A stretch of 64,000 nucleotides of DNA, taken from positions 116,872,001 through 116,936,000 of the forward strand of contig NC_045697.1 in NCBI RefSeq assembly GCF_009834535.1, written 5' to 3'. This document shows positions 1 to 14,160 of the stretch, one piece after another; position 1 is the stretch's first letter, and every line of letters starts with the position of its first letter. The position numbers and the translations under genes were made by a program. Below the pieces are notes generated by a model that saw only the letters and a program-made list of their open reading frames with translations, did no database searches and had not been told where the DNA came from. This stretch comes from Camelus ferus (lineage: Eukaryota).

Positions 1-257
1 GATGCAGGAAGGAAGAAATTAACACGGCCCCTCTGGAGGCTGACTGGAGCCAGGAAATATTTGACTTTACTCCCTCCCCTTTGAGTATAAAGGAAGCCCC
101 AATTCTAACTCAGGGAAGATGGTTCTTTGGGACACTAGTCCACCATCTTCTCGACCTGCTGCTTTCTGAATAAAATCATTATTTCTTGTCCCAACACCTC
201 ATCCCTTGATTTACTGACCTGTTGTACAGTGAGCAGTACATGCTTGGGCTCAGTGAC
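1..257 (+). mobile_element. 3' part of an ERV1-class LTR, cut by the window edge
   Basis: TATAAA at 86-91, AATAAA at 169-174, and a U5-like end (gacctgttgtacagtgagcagtacatgcttgggctcagtgac) resembling MER4/MER34/MER39-group LTRs. Confidence 0.6.
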
Positions 258-667
258 GTGAGTGGGTGGGTGGATGAGGAATAAAGCCCTAGACAGAAAA
301 AATAATCCTAGATGGATTTCTTCTCCCCTTTTTCAGTAGCTTTTGGCCATACTTTTTGAGGGACAGCTAGCTTTCCAGACAGGGGAAATGCTTTAAATTT
401 AAAAGGCATTTGAAAATCTTGACCAGTATGTAGAATCCAACTTTTGATTAGGTGTGTGTCTTTGATGAAAAGGACCAGAGAAATCTTTAAAAATCTCAAT
501 ACGACTAGGGAAGTCCTGCCTGAGTTTTTATCCAAAGGAGTTGAAAAGAGCTACTAGGTCCACAGAGCAGTGGGGAGAATGATTAAAACTGGTTTCTGAT
601 TTTATCTGCTGAGCATGGTTTCTGCATTGTATTTGTAATATCAATATACTAGCTACACCAATAATTA

Positions 668-1225
668 TATTTTTTAAACTGAAGTGTAGTTGACTTACAA
701 TGTTGTTAGTCTCTTTTTTCCTTATTTTTATTGTTTTTATTTTTATTTTTTTATTCATTTAATTGATTACTTTATTTATTTATTTTTTTTATTCAGTCAG
801 TTACCATGTGTCAGTTTCTGGTGTACAGCACAGTGTCCCAGTCATGCATATGCATATTCTGGTGTACAGCATAGTGATTCAGTTACATGTATATTCATTT
901 TCATATTCTTTACCAGTATAGGTTATTACAAGATATTGAATATAGTTCCCTGTGCTATACAGTAGGGCCTTGCTGTTTATCTATTTTATGTAGTAGTAGC
1001 TTGTATCTGCTAGTCCCAAACTCTCAATTTATCCTTCCACTCTCCCTCTCCCCTTTGTAACCATAAATTTTTCTCTATGCCTGTGAGTCTCTTTCTCTTT
1101 TGTAAATAAGTTCATTGGTCTCATTTCTTACATTGTACATATAAGTGATATCATATGATATTCGTTTTTCTCCATCTAATTACTTCACTTAGTATGATAG
1201 TCTCTGGGTCCTTTCATATTTCAAC
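668..1225 (-). mobile_element. 5'-truncated L1 3' end with a nested short L1 tail
   Basis: Contains ttacaagatattgaatatagttccctgtgctatacagtagg and acttcacttagtatgat motifs shared with the other L1 3' ends here; T-rich tail on the left. Confidence 0.85.
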
Positions 1226-2419
1226 AATAAGTCAATGAACTGGTTCCTAACTCTACCAGACAGCATCCCCTTGGTGCAATGGTGACTCCCTGTCAAGATG
1301 TATGTGCTGGGAGAAGGGCCTCCCAGAAGTTCGATATGGTGTCAGGGACAAAAACACTCTAAATTTTCATCCTATCACCACTGTCTCATACAGGCGTCCC
1401 AAGAAACCCACGAGGTAAGTGCGACCATCATTCGTCTCTTTGACAAAGGAAATGAGGCTAGAGAGGAGGTGGGTTTCCTGTGCCTTCAGGAAGGACCAGA
1501 GCCAGGAAGCGAGAGGGTGGGACTCCAAGCCACGCCTCACCTTCTGAAGCCCTTTCCCTAAGTATTACCCTCTTCAGCCTCCACTAATCCCTCTTGTGCC
1601 TGGAAGGGAGGTGATATATTGGCCTTTTAATAAAAAGACATTTCGTTTGGGGGAGAGGTGCAGTCAACAAAATGTACTAACTTGACAGCTCTTATCTACT
1701 TCCTAAGCATTTCTTCACCAAAAAAACAAACAAAAAACTGCTTTAGAAACAGCTGGTGGAGGCTTCTGTTTAGTATAACCCAGTCTCTGCCAAAGACAAT
1801 TTTAATTTTTAGAGTCAGGTCAGTTATTCTTCAGAAGGTATGAAAACAACAAGATAGTTTGAAAAACCAGCCTTGAGACAGTTTCCTTTGCAGAAGTTAA
1901 TATTTACTAGCTAGAAAATAATTCTGTGCTTAGAGAAGGGTATCTTAAGAGTACTGGAACACCAAGGGAATTGACTGGATGCTTAAATTCTCATAAAGTT
2001 TAACCAAAATCGACAAGTACTTCCAGGCCTGTGTCAATATTGAAATTGTTTCTTCTTCCTCCACGTGGCAGAACTTGTCAAGAGGCAGAAAGGTCTGCGT
2101 TTAAGAGTGCTAAAGTAACAGTTCTGTTACAATATTTGGTATTTTACACTTGGAAATTTATTCATTCTTTCCCTCTATATTCCAATACCTTGACCCTTTT
2201 TTGCATCGTAAAAAGGCAAACTTGTTAGGATTGTACACCACACCCCAATCCCTTACCTGCCCCCCACCCCCATAGCACAACCTTCCTTTCCAGTGGGAAA
2301 ACCTTCCCTGTCCCCGTCCTGCCCTGCCGTCCAGATTCTATTTGCTGTAGAAGGAAAATCTAAGTGAGACCAGAGGTTATCAACCCTGCCTCTGTGCCAG
2401 GACACACAAACCACCTAAA

Positions 2420-2680
2420 CCAATCACTAACCTTTTTAAAAAAAAAAACAAAAAACCCTCCAATCAGAGAGCATCCACAACTTCTTCTTGGGAACTGTTG
2501 CACCGGGCAGAGGCAACACTATAAACGTCTCTCCCCATCCATGTGCACTCTTATCTCTCGGTTCTGTTTTTTCCCCTCATTTGCATTAACCCTTTCTTAC
2601 CTTTTTATGAACTTCTAGACCTACGCTTCTCAGAAGGGGTGGGACACCCACGTCACTCTGCCCGTGGCCAGGATGGAAAG
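2420..2680 (+). promoter_or_regulatory. Candidate GASK1B core promoter and non-coding first exon
   Basis: CCAAT boxes at 2420 and 2460, TATAAA at 2520-2525, octamer ATTTGCAT at 2579-2586 and a strong donor AAG|GTGAGT at 2680/2681, all upstream of the 3904 acceptor. Confidence 0.5.
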
Positions 2681-2986
2681 GTGAGTCCCTGGGAACCGGG
2701 GCACTGTAATCCTGGGCAGCCAGGACAGACAGAGAGCTGGTGGCATTCAGACTGCCGCTGAGCACACTCTCAACCCCTTTTAACTCCAAGAGACTCTCAT
2801 CTCCAAGTCTATTTCCAAACAGGACGCTAGAGGGCTCCCAGGGGTTAAAAATCAATGGGAAAAAACGATCTGAATGAAAACTGCTTCTATACGGCATTTG
2901 TTTTTTCCAGAATTTAAAATCAAAGTTTATTGCTTAAACTATTAAAAAAAAAACCCTCAAAACTTACACGTCTGAAAAGTGAGTTG

Positions 2987-3184
2987 TCAGTCGCCAGTGA
3001 AGAAGCAGCTGTTTTGCTTTGCAGTCAGTAATTTTCAAGGACGCTTTTGAAAGCTGAGCTATTTGAAATGTGGGACACTCTTGACCTTGAAGTATGTTCT
3101 ACTTACATGCCTCAGCCTTTAAAAGTTCTTTGCATTAGAGTCAGGGATCGCATTCTTCCTGGAGCCAAGCACCGGGCCAGCCGT
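2987..3184 (+). other. Candidate alternative non-coding 5' exon
   Basis: Inr-like TCAGT at 2987 and donor CGT|GTAAGT at 3184/3185 in repeat-free sequence. The 5' boundary is uncertain; acceptor-like sites occur at 2910 and 3024. Confidence 0.3.
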
Positions 3185-3904
3185 GTAAGTAAGTCCTTAT
3201 CAGCCCTTGTTCTTTCTAATAATGTGACAGAATAGAGCTGGAGAGGTCTTTGTTTTCTTTCAGCCGACTTTGGTGGAAAGAAAAGAAATAAAAAGCAGTT
3301 TGATGTGTGTTTTGCATTTATGTGTGTGTGCCTGTGGATGAATACACGGAACTGCTTCCAAGATACGTAGGCATGTGTGGCTTTACATTATAATAACTCA
3401 ATATATGCTAAGGGACTCTATTATGAAAAAAAGGATGGTACCATCCGATGAAGAGATTATGTTTCTGAATTTGCATGTGAATACTTGCTGCTTCTTCCCA
3501 AGTAGCTTTTTGGGACACAGGACTTTTTAAAATAAATGTGAGAGAGCTATAGGTTTTTGTTTTTTTTTAAAACTATTTGTTACTGGTCTTAAATTATTTC
3601 TGACTTTCAAAAAAGGAAAATCTGGATTTGCTGAATTTTAACACTTTTCCTTCAGGATCGAGTTAAATGAGTCTAGTTACAAGTTATACAATGCTCTTGG
3701 ATGTTAGTGGTTTGTTTTCACTCATTGAAACTGAAGGACAAATCTATACATCTTGTTTCTATTTTTTAAACCTCATTTAAAAATGATTTGGCGGTGATGG
3801 TGATGACAAGAAAGGGTTCCGCTTTTTGCTTTCCTCTTGTGGAGGAACTGGACTAGTTTGAGACGGTGACTCAGTTAATGAAGTCCGTTTCCATTCATTC
3901 TTAG

Positions 3905-5194
<1,290 letters not shown>

Positions 5195-6774
5195 TGAGTC
5201 TCCCGGCTTTGGGAGGATGTGCGAGTTCCAGGGAGATGCTGTTCTCCGCGGGCAAGAGTAATCCCACGATGTGCGATCAGTGCTCCACGTTCCCCTCACT
5301 GCACTTCCCAGAGGCTTATTACATCTAATTAAAGCCGTGGCAATTTGCATGATGAGGAGAGGAAGGGGGTGAAGCAGAGAACTTGCTGACAGTCAGGCGT
5401 ATGATTAGAGAGGTTGCTATGGAAAGTCAGTAGGATTTTGTTCATTGGAAGTTTTGAAAAGTGAGGGGAAAGTGGCTTATCTTTCCATCTTCAATAGGGG
5501 AAATCTTTTTAAGAGGCTCCAAGCCAGACCAGGTTAGCCAGATCCACCCCCTTGCTTTTTCATGATGGATTTAACCCCTTTATTTTGCAAAGAAAATGAG
5601 GCAAAAAGAGGTGATTTGTTCTGTATATGTACTAACTAGCCATGTGGTTTCTCCAAGCCCGTGACTTTGATTCATGGAGCCTGAGGGCCAAGACGCTCGC
5701 AAGTGACAGTCATTTTGGCAGGTGTACAGTCAGCCACTTCAGCTGCAGGCACAAGGGCTAGTCTGTGGCCACACTCATGCCAAATAAAGAATTTTCTCTG
5801 CATCCCAAAGCTATTCCAGGCTTTGAGTACAAAGTCAGGTGGGTCCACGACTTGCGTTTGAAAGCAGAGTGATCCTGGAAGTTGTCACCCTGAATCCAGG
5901 CTGGTCCAAGAGGCTAAAAAGGACCACAAAGAGATGATAAACTCCAAGTTTATTTCCTTACTCCCTGTCACCATACAATTTAGCATTTCAGCCCAGCTTC
6001 CGTGGGGTCTGGACTGGAACGGATAAAGCCTTGGGAGTGCCCAGGAGGCACACTGCATTTTCAACGGCTCTAGGAGTATAATTTAGTCTCAGAATGAGTA
6101 CTTACGGAAGTACCCGTGATTGACTTAGAGAGACTTGGCCTTCCTTCCTTACCCCGGTTTGTGGCTAAGTGCTGCAGGTTGACAGGTGTGTTTTGATGTC
6201 TCACGTCCCAAGTCACAAAGCTGTCTACCATGCTGCTGCTGACATGAGAAAGCCTCTCAAACAGTCCATCAGATGTTGGTGAGGGCTCACGATTTGCTAA
6301 GCACTGTGCTCACTGATTCATAGAATCCGCACACGCCTTGACTCCTGTGTATCCCGCAACAGTGCAAGGAGGTAGGTTCTCTGGTTACTTCCACTTAGTA
6401 GATGAGAACATTGAGGCTTATTTAGGCAAAGTAACTGGCCTCAATGGCCACCGCCAATGTTAATGGCTAAGCTGGGTTTCGAACCAACTTCAAAAGGTCA
6501 GTTCTTAGCCATTGGGCTTAGGTGACAATACTGCTTCCTGTCCAGACAGGAGCACCCTGGAGACAAGGATGATGTTGGCAGGCGTTGGGGCAACAGACAC
6601 ACGCTGAGGCTGTCCTGGGCCAAGCAGGGCAGAGGGTCGCCCTGTTATGCTCTCTTGCTGTCTATTGTGATGTCATAAAGTCCCCAAAGAGGTGCTTGAA
6701 TATATCTGGAGGCATGGCACGCCCATCTGTCCTTTAACTTCCCTGGGATGCTCCTGGGTGGAAGTTGGGAGAGT

Positions 6775-6995
6775 AAAGCAGTGGTGAAGACCCTGGGCTC
6801 TGGAGCTGAGCTGCCTGGATTTGAATTTACCAACCACGTGACCTGGAAATGTCACAGCATCTCTCTGTGCCTTGGTGTCTTCAGTTGTAAATGGCAATGA
6901 TGCCTACCTCGGGAGGCTGTTGTGAGTTAATACATAGAAAACACGTGGACCTGGTGCTTGACACGCAGGAAACCTCTAATAAGTAAGTATTGGCT
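6775..6995 (+). mobile_element. MIR SINE
   Basis: gcagtggtgaagaccctgggctctggagctgagctgcctggatttgaat...ctctgtgccttggtgtcttcagttgtaaatgg matches the MIR head and core. Confidence 0.7.
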
Positions 6996-7069
6996 ATTTT
7001 TGCTACTACACGAGGCATGTGAGGTATTCACTGAGGTCACTCACATAGCCTCCAATCCTCACGTGTCAT

Positions 7070-7695
7070 TTCTTTTATTTTTTAATTGAAGTATAGTTGA
7101 TTTCCAATGTTGTGTTAGTTTCTGGTGTATAGCAAAGTTATTCAGTTATACACACACACACGTATATATTCTTTTCAGATTCTTTTCCATTATAGTTTAT
7201 TACACAATATTGAATATAGTTCCCTGTGCTGTACAGTAGGGCCTGGTTGTTTATCTATTTTATATATAGTAGTTTGTTTCTGCTAATCCCAAACTCCTAA
7301 TTTATCCCTTCCTACTGCCTTTTCTTTTTGGTAACCGTAAATTTATTTTCTATGTCTGTGAGTCTGTTTTGGTTTTATAAATAAGTTCATTAATATCATT
7401 TTTTAAAAGATTCTACATATAAGTGATATCATATGATATCTGTCCTTCTCTGTCTGACTTACTTCACTTAGTATGATCATCTCTAGGTCCATCCATGTTA
7501 CTGCAAATGGCATTATTTCATTCTTTTTCATGGCTGCATAATATTCTGTTGTATAAATATACCACAGTTTCTTTATCCAGTCATCTGTTGTTGGGCATTT
7601 AGGTTGCTTTGATGTCTTGGTTATTGTAAATACTGCTGCTCTGAACATTGGGGTGCAGGTATGTTTTCAAATTGGAGTTTTCTCCAGATACATAT
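7070..7695 (-). mobile_element. 5'-truncated L1 (ORF2 C-terminus plus 3'UTR)
   Basis: ORF 7403..7648 (-) KQPKCPTTDDWIKKLWYIYTTEYYAAMKKNEIMPFAVTWMDLEMIILSEVSQ is the L1 ORF2p C-terminal signature. Confidence 0.92.
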
Positions 7696-8419
7696 AATTT
7701 CTTTGTGTGATAGAACTAGGTCAAAACCCAGGTCTCCCGCTTACCTGGTGAAACTTTTTGGTTTCAGCATATCTCTTAGATATTTAATTCTGTTCTTTGA
7801 ATATCCAGCATCTTTGGAAATAAAGAAGGCAGTTGCATCCAGTTTGAAGGAGGCATTTATAATCCCAGTATAGACTGGCTGTTCCTTGCTCCTTTCAGAG
7901 GTAAGTGGTGATAGGAACTGACAAGGTTGTATTGATGTGACTCTCAGTGTGGTGAATTAAATACCTAAGATTATATCTCAAGTGACACCAGACCTTTCTT
8001 TGTCCTTTCTTTGATACTTTCTCTTAGAAAGTGGTTAAGAGTCATAAAATCAGGTCAGTTTCCTCAGGAGCCTATGACGTGATTTAGATATAGTTATGAG
8101 CACTCAATATGATTCTGCTCATGTAGACATGGTACTGTTGTAAAGTCCATAAATAGATCAGTTCTGGTCATGGTAGGGGATACACAGTCCTAGGTCCTCA
8201 GCACCTACCTCTCGTCTTTTCCCGACTTGCGTCTTTATTCCACTGATTTCCACAGATGTGTGTCTTCCCTAGAGGGTCTTCCTGGTCTTCTCTTGGTGGA
8301 AACTCAGCTTCATTTGATTATCTTTCTATCTTCCTGTCTAAGTAAGAGGGTGATAGATCTTATCTAATTACCCGGCACCTGTTTCTGGTTCATTCCGCAT
8401 CATTGCTTTGTAATCATAA

Positions 8420-8575
8420 TCACTTGTTGGTAATTATAACCATCTGTCCCTCCCCATTGGGGTCTAGGTCTGTGAAGGTAGAGATGTTTCCTGCCTTGCC
8501 CATCATTATGTTCCCGGATCCTAGTGGAGAGTCTAGCACATAGTAGGTGCTCAATAAATATTTTTGAATGAAGGC
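8420..8575 (+). mobile_element. L2 LINE 3' end
   Basis: Diagnostic terminus ctagcacatagtaggtgctcaataaatatttttgaatgaa. Confidence 0.75.
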
Positions 8576-10245
8576 AGGGACACATATTTGGCCTGACTCT
8601 AAACAGTAAACCTATATTTGCTTCCAGCTTTCAAAACTCAGGACAGATATTCCCTTTTCAGTCCTAAATCCAAGCTGAGATTTCTCCTGGCAATTCTTAT
8701 AAATGGCTTATTGTAACGGTAATGACAGATGTCCTTGGCAGCCTCTGTGTTATGTGAATAATAAGTTTTATAGGACTTATTCTTGTGAGGCCCATCAATA
8801 TGGTGGGCTTCGCCTCACTGTGACGTCAGTTGATAATGAGTTTTCTGTAGGAGGGACATGGGGCCTTAGTGGAGGAATGTGTTTCCCTGATGACCTGGCT
8901 TGGTCTGGGAGCAGATTTTTTTTTTTTTTAATATTTGGGGAGTGGATGGCCAGCGATTTCTGTAAGTGATCTGCCCTAAGTATTGTTTCTGATCTCTGAC
9001 TTTTGATTAATGTTTGTGAAAATAAATTCATGCTTTATACCAAGAACTTAGCTAGTCTGCCTCATGAGTTGAATATAGATACTTGTCTTGTCTGGGTTAA
9101 TCTTTCGAAGCAATCTATGCTGTAAATATTTTTTCACCTCAGTTTTGAGATGAAAGAAAGGTAAGAAGAAGGCAGTTCAAAGTCACACAATGAATTAATT
9201 GTTCAGAAAGAATTCCAGCCCTTGTCTTCTAACTTCCGAGTCTTTCTTCTTTGTCAATCTGTTTTCCTCAACAAATCCTTCCAGGGGCCTTCAGGTACGT
9301 CTTCCTTCTCCATCACCATAACCTACTTGTATATCTCTCTCTCTGACATAACTGGACCCTGATGACTTCCACACTGATGGGCAGGTACAGGCAGGAGGAG
9401 CCTGTTATTTCTCAATGAGACAACAGCCATCACCACAGCAAGAGGAATACTGAATATGACCATATACCAGGCCCTGTTTTTTAGTCCTGTGCGTGTATTA
9501 TCTCGTTAAATCCTGCCACACATTTTAGGAGGTGGGTACTCCATGAAAGACGTTTCCTGGACGTGGAAATAGAGGCCCAACATCATTAAATACCTTTGCT
9601 CAGAGTCATACACGTTATCTAGGTGTAAAAAGGAGACCTAAGATGCAAAAAGATGTGTGGAAGAGAATCAAAGGCTATGACTGAAGGATCTGCCAGCCCC
9701 AGCCTCTCAAGTGACGCTTTCTGTTCTTTCAGTCCAAAGGCAAAGGGTCCCAATTATAAAGCTCATCTTCAGGTATTTATTTGTTTGTAAATCTGACATG
9801 AGTGATCCTACCAGCCCAGAGCCTCCAGCTCAGGTTATTCTGGGACAGGTTCTTGATTGTGTAACTTGATGAATTCCAGATGATTCTCCTTGACTGCAGA
9901 CATCTATGTGTGAAGTTGGCAGGTTTACTGGCCCCGTACTGTACACCAGACCATTTTCTGACAGGTGTTAATTCTAAAGGTATCCCAGAAAATGCGAAGG
10001 GCAAGGTTGTAATTATGTAGACGGTGCCAAGAGTCTACCACACTACAAAGTCCAGCCATTCACACTGGAACAGAGTCTTGTCCCATGTGTATCTTTGGAG
10101 GAAAAGGGGAAATACAGAAATGAATTGAAAAATAGCATCCAAGGCCTTTTTAAGAAATCCATTTTTGCAATAATGAAAGCTTTTTCGGTTGTGAATCTAT
10201 AAAGAATCTAGTGTCTAGATCTCACATCACATTTTAACACAACGA

Positions 10246-10387
10246 GTGGGGAGGGTATAGCTCAAGTTGTAGAGCATGGGCTTAGCATGCACAGGGTCCT
10301 GGGTTCAATCCCTGATACCGCCACTAAAAATAAATACATAAAATAAATTATCTCCCCCCCCGAAACAAACAAAACAACAACAAAAAA
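10246..10387 (+). mobile_element. tRNA-Ala-derived SINE (camelid Vic-1-like)
   Basis: ggggagggtatagctcaag (A box), gcttagcatgc (AGC anticodon loop), ggttcaatccc (B box) and an A-rich tail. TSD ttaacacaa(c/t)ga at 10234-10245 and 10388-10399. Confidence 0.85.
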
Positions 10388-12221
10388 TTAACACAATGAT
10401 TTCTGATTTACCATTGTGCCAATATTTCTATTTAACTTCTTTTTCCAACTCAACAACATAATGTAATATTTTTACTCAGGGAAGTAATTGTGATAACTAC
10501 TCTGAACACTGCTCCAAGGGTGGTGGTGGTTGTTTAAATTCAAGCCAATGCTTACCAGATTTTCTTATTTTACCACAAACAATCATATGTATATAAATAT
10601 GGCTCAGCATAGTAATGCATTTCTTGCCAAACTGTCTTAGTGAAAATCATCAATCCTTGCAAAGGTCACCAAAGACTATGTGGTGCTGGTACCTTCAGAT
10701 AAATTTTTGTTAAACAAAATCTTCTGAAATATTTATCTAAGACAAGACGAACCATGTCAAAGCCAGGGGCATAGGAACCCTAGCACCTCTCCAAGGTCTT
10801 CCATTTAGCAGCATGGCCAAGCCTACCAGCAATCCGAGCAGCCCCGTGCATGAATCCCAAAGGCTACCATTTTGGTAGCACTTAAGTGTTATGCTATTTC
10901 TCATGCCCAGCATGGAAGATGCATTATGCGTGCTTCATTTTTAGGATGTTGCTTTCTTGCCACAGAGCTGTCATACTGAATTAAAGTAGCCTTGTTCTAG
11001 GAATTCTGTGTGTCAAGGCTGCTTGGATGACAAACTGCAGGCACCTCACCAACTTCCTGATGAATTTAAATTCATCAGAGATTGCACGTTGTCCACTGTT
11101 CTTCAACTTGTGCTGCCTCGTCTTACTCTAAAGCAGGAGAAATACACTGTGTATTTTCCACTCTCTTTTTGAGTCCATGTGAGCCGCACTGGGAGTTGTC
11201 GGCTGATGGTGCAGTGGCCGGGGCAGGGGGATGGCAGGTGTGCAATTCATGTTGTCCCAGGTTCTCAGATAAGATCAGAGGCATTTTGCAAGGAGTTGTG
11301 AGCATAACCCAGTTGCCCACACAACTTGGAAACACCCTGACTCCAAAATCCTAGAAATCTGGGACATGCGTGCAAACTTTCTTAAAATATTGATGTGAGA
11401 GTATAGGAATCATGTCTTACTTTTGAAAATCGAGTTGAAAGCACACTGTGTTCTTTATCAGAAAAGCCCTAAGGGTATTTCTTTAGTGATCAAATTGAGC
11501 TGGTCAGCTTAATACTTTCATTCATCAGTGAACAAAGTTTGCTGAGCGTAGGCTCCAAGCAGCGAGCGCTCGGCTGCACGGTCCTCTGGTTTGCTCACTG
11601 CACACCTTCCTCGGCAAAGTGGGGGCATGGGGTGACCTTCTCTGCTGTCCCTCTGGAATGTGTCCCTAATCTCACACGGGGCTGGGGCAGAGGGGACAGT
11701 GGGTAGTGGTTGCCACACGGCTCACAGCTGAAAAATGCTCGTTCTTTGCTCCAAGCAATCTGTCCCCTTTCACAGTATCATATTGATCTTTTCTTCTTTT
11801 AAGAAATATTTTACCGAGCACCTGCTGGGTGCCAGCCACTCCTCTAGTGACTGGGGTCTACATCAGTGGACAGAACCATCCAGAATCCTTGTCCCTGTGG
11901 AGCTGACACTATTGGACCACGTGAGAGTTCAGTGGCCTGGAGGGGATGTTCATATGGGCCACGGATTCCGAGATTCACTCAGCACCAGCCTGAGCCCAAG
12001 GTCATGACCCTTCCAGCAGGACTGAATCTGTTGCTGTCTCTGGGTTAGTTCAAGGACAGCAGAGATGCTGACCTCCGTTAACGGGCAAACATTGAAGTTT
12101 GGGGTGAATTCGATTGTAACTGATAGCATTTGCTTCCTCTGCGTGAAACACTGTTCTAAACCTGGAGAGAAGCTGAATCTTTTCTAATTCAAAAAGCTTG
12201 GCAGTTAAGAACGTGGACCGG

Positions 12222-12617
12222 CGTGTCAGTTTGCGAGGGCTGCCGTCACAGAACCCCAGGCTGGGAAGCTGGAACGGCAGACATTTCTTTCTCACACTTC
12301 TGGAGGCTGGAAGTCCAAGATCAAGATTTTGGCAGATTTGGTTTCTTCTGAGGCGTCTCTCCTTGGCCGCCTTCTCCCTGAGTCCTCATCCGACCTCTCC
12401 TCTGTGCACACACACCCCTCATGTCCCTTTGTGTTTCCAAATCTCCTCTTCTTACAAGAAGGACGCCGGACAGATGGGCTGAGGGCCCCCTCTAACAGCC
12501 TCATTTTAACTAAATTGTCTCTTCAGAGGCCCTTTCTCCAAACACAGTCACATTCAGAGGTGCCGCAGTTGGGGCATCAACATACGCATTTTGGGGAACA
12601 CAGTTCGGCTCATCACA
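12222..12617 (-). mobile_element. MaLR solo LTR (MLT1B/C-like)
   Basis: tctcacacttctggaggctggaagtccaagatcaag and tctccaaacacagtcacattcagagg are MLT1 hallmark motifs. Confidence 0.85.
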
Positions 12618-12619
12618 AC

Positions 12620-12815
12620 TGGCAGTCTAGACTCCCTGAATTTGATTCCTGGTTCCACCACTCGATCACTGTGTGACCTGGGAGAACTAACTTAACCTCT
12701 CTGTGCCTTATGCCTTCATTAGTGCGACAGGGATGATGATAATGAAAACGACGACCCTGATGACAGCACTTAGCTCCAGAGCCGTGAGAACTAAGTGAGC
12801 TGCTACGCATGAAAT
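12620..12815 (+). mobile_element. MIR SINE
   Basis: ctgtgtgacctgggagaactaacttaacctctctgtgcct core motif. Confidence 0.7.
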
Positions 12816-13629
12816 ATCTATGATGGCGCCCATCCGATGTTCTTGGAGAGATTTCCTATTGGGAGAGTGAGGCTGGGAGAGCGACGCATGTCCTCCAGAG
12901 GCCCGCAGGTCGTGGGTGGCGGGGCTGGGATGTCGACAGCGTGGGTCAGAAGGGTTCCACAGCCCTGTTCTTTGCGCTGTCTGCACCATCTCCCATTTCC
13001 CACATCACTTGTCAGCCCCAGCGGTTGTGGGCTGCGGTTCCCAGGTAACCACGCATCCCCATGGGAACCCACTGCCCCTACTGCCTTTTGGTCTGATTCC
13101 TGAATGAAGCCGTGATGCCTTAAGTGTTCCCGTCTCATGACGGCGTTTCAGGGTCCGGAGGAGAGAGGCAATGGTCTTTCCACCTCTTGTTTTCATCACT
13201 CCAGTGCCTCAAAGAACGGTGGAGACAGAAGAGTGGATTGTTGAGCACAAGCAGGGTAGAAGGAGGGTGTGGAAACCCCTGCACACACCACCTCTATTTC
13301 TCGAGTGTCTCTCTGATCCTTCTCAATCCTTCTCAATCTCAGTTTAGAGTGAAGACAGTGAAAGCCCAGCTTACGAGGAGGTCACACCAACCAAACTTTT
13401 TTTTTTAAATTGTTTTCATTTTTATTGGGATACAGGGGACAGGTTGAGAAATATTTATGCAAGTCATGCTTCCCCAGGAGACATCCATCATAATCTTGCT
13501 GGGACAGTTTTCAGAGCCTTTTATTTTTCTTGGAGCCGCTGCTCAACCAACCACACTGTTATTCAGGACCCACTGACCATTCCTTAGAGCCTAAGGGCTT
13601 AGAGGTGAAAACTGGGGATTCTGAACCTT

Positions 13630-14160
13630 CATTCAGTCATTCATCAGAAGTTTTGAAAGCTTGCTCTGGTTATGTCAGGAGTTGGAGACCCAACGGTGAT
13701 TCTCAGACAGCTCCCAGCTTGGAGGGTAGGAGACAGCCAAGCAGACAAGAAGTGTAGGATAAAGACCTCAGTGGAGATATTTTCAGGGAATCCTATAGGC
13801 ACAGAGAGGGGGAATTTGGTCCAGAATGTGTGTGCATCGGTGGGTGGGTAGGGGGATTAAAAAAAGTTTGAGAAGAGGTAAAGTCAGAATTGGTTCTTAA
13901 AAGTCACCGTGGATGGAGTGAGGGACGCAGTGGGTACTGACAGGGAGGAGAGAATTGATGGGTGAGAAACCTGTGAAGGCAGAGTGTGCTGGGGAAACTG
14001 CCAACAGTTCTGAAACAAGGAGATTGGGCTTGAGGGGGCGGTGAGAAGGGAGTGGGTGGGTTTTATGGCATGTGAGGACAGGGGACTTCATCTCAGCTGT
14101 AATGGGAAATCACTGAAGGGTTTGAAGAAGAGGGGTGACATGGTAAAGGTCACTCTGGCC
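13630..14160 (-). mobile_element. Degraded L2 LINE
   Basis: ttcattcagtcattcatcag tail and gtaatgggaaatcactgaagggtttgaagaagaggggtgacatgg internal motif. Confidence 0.55.

Noticed and set aside
7403..7648. ORF resembling a real protein domain (also 58215..58472)
   Set aside because: L1 ORF2p C-terminal remnants in 5'-truncated elements, not host genes.
10248..10325. Possible functional tRNA-Ala gene (also 32610-32690 and 35325-35400)
   Set aside because: Acceptor stem pairs poorly; A-rich tails and TSDs indicate SINE retrocopies.
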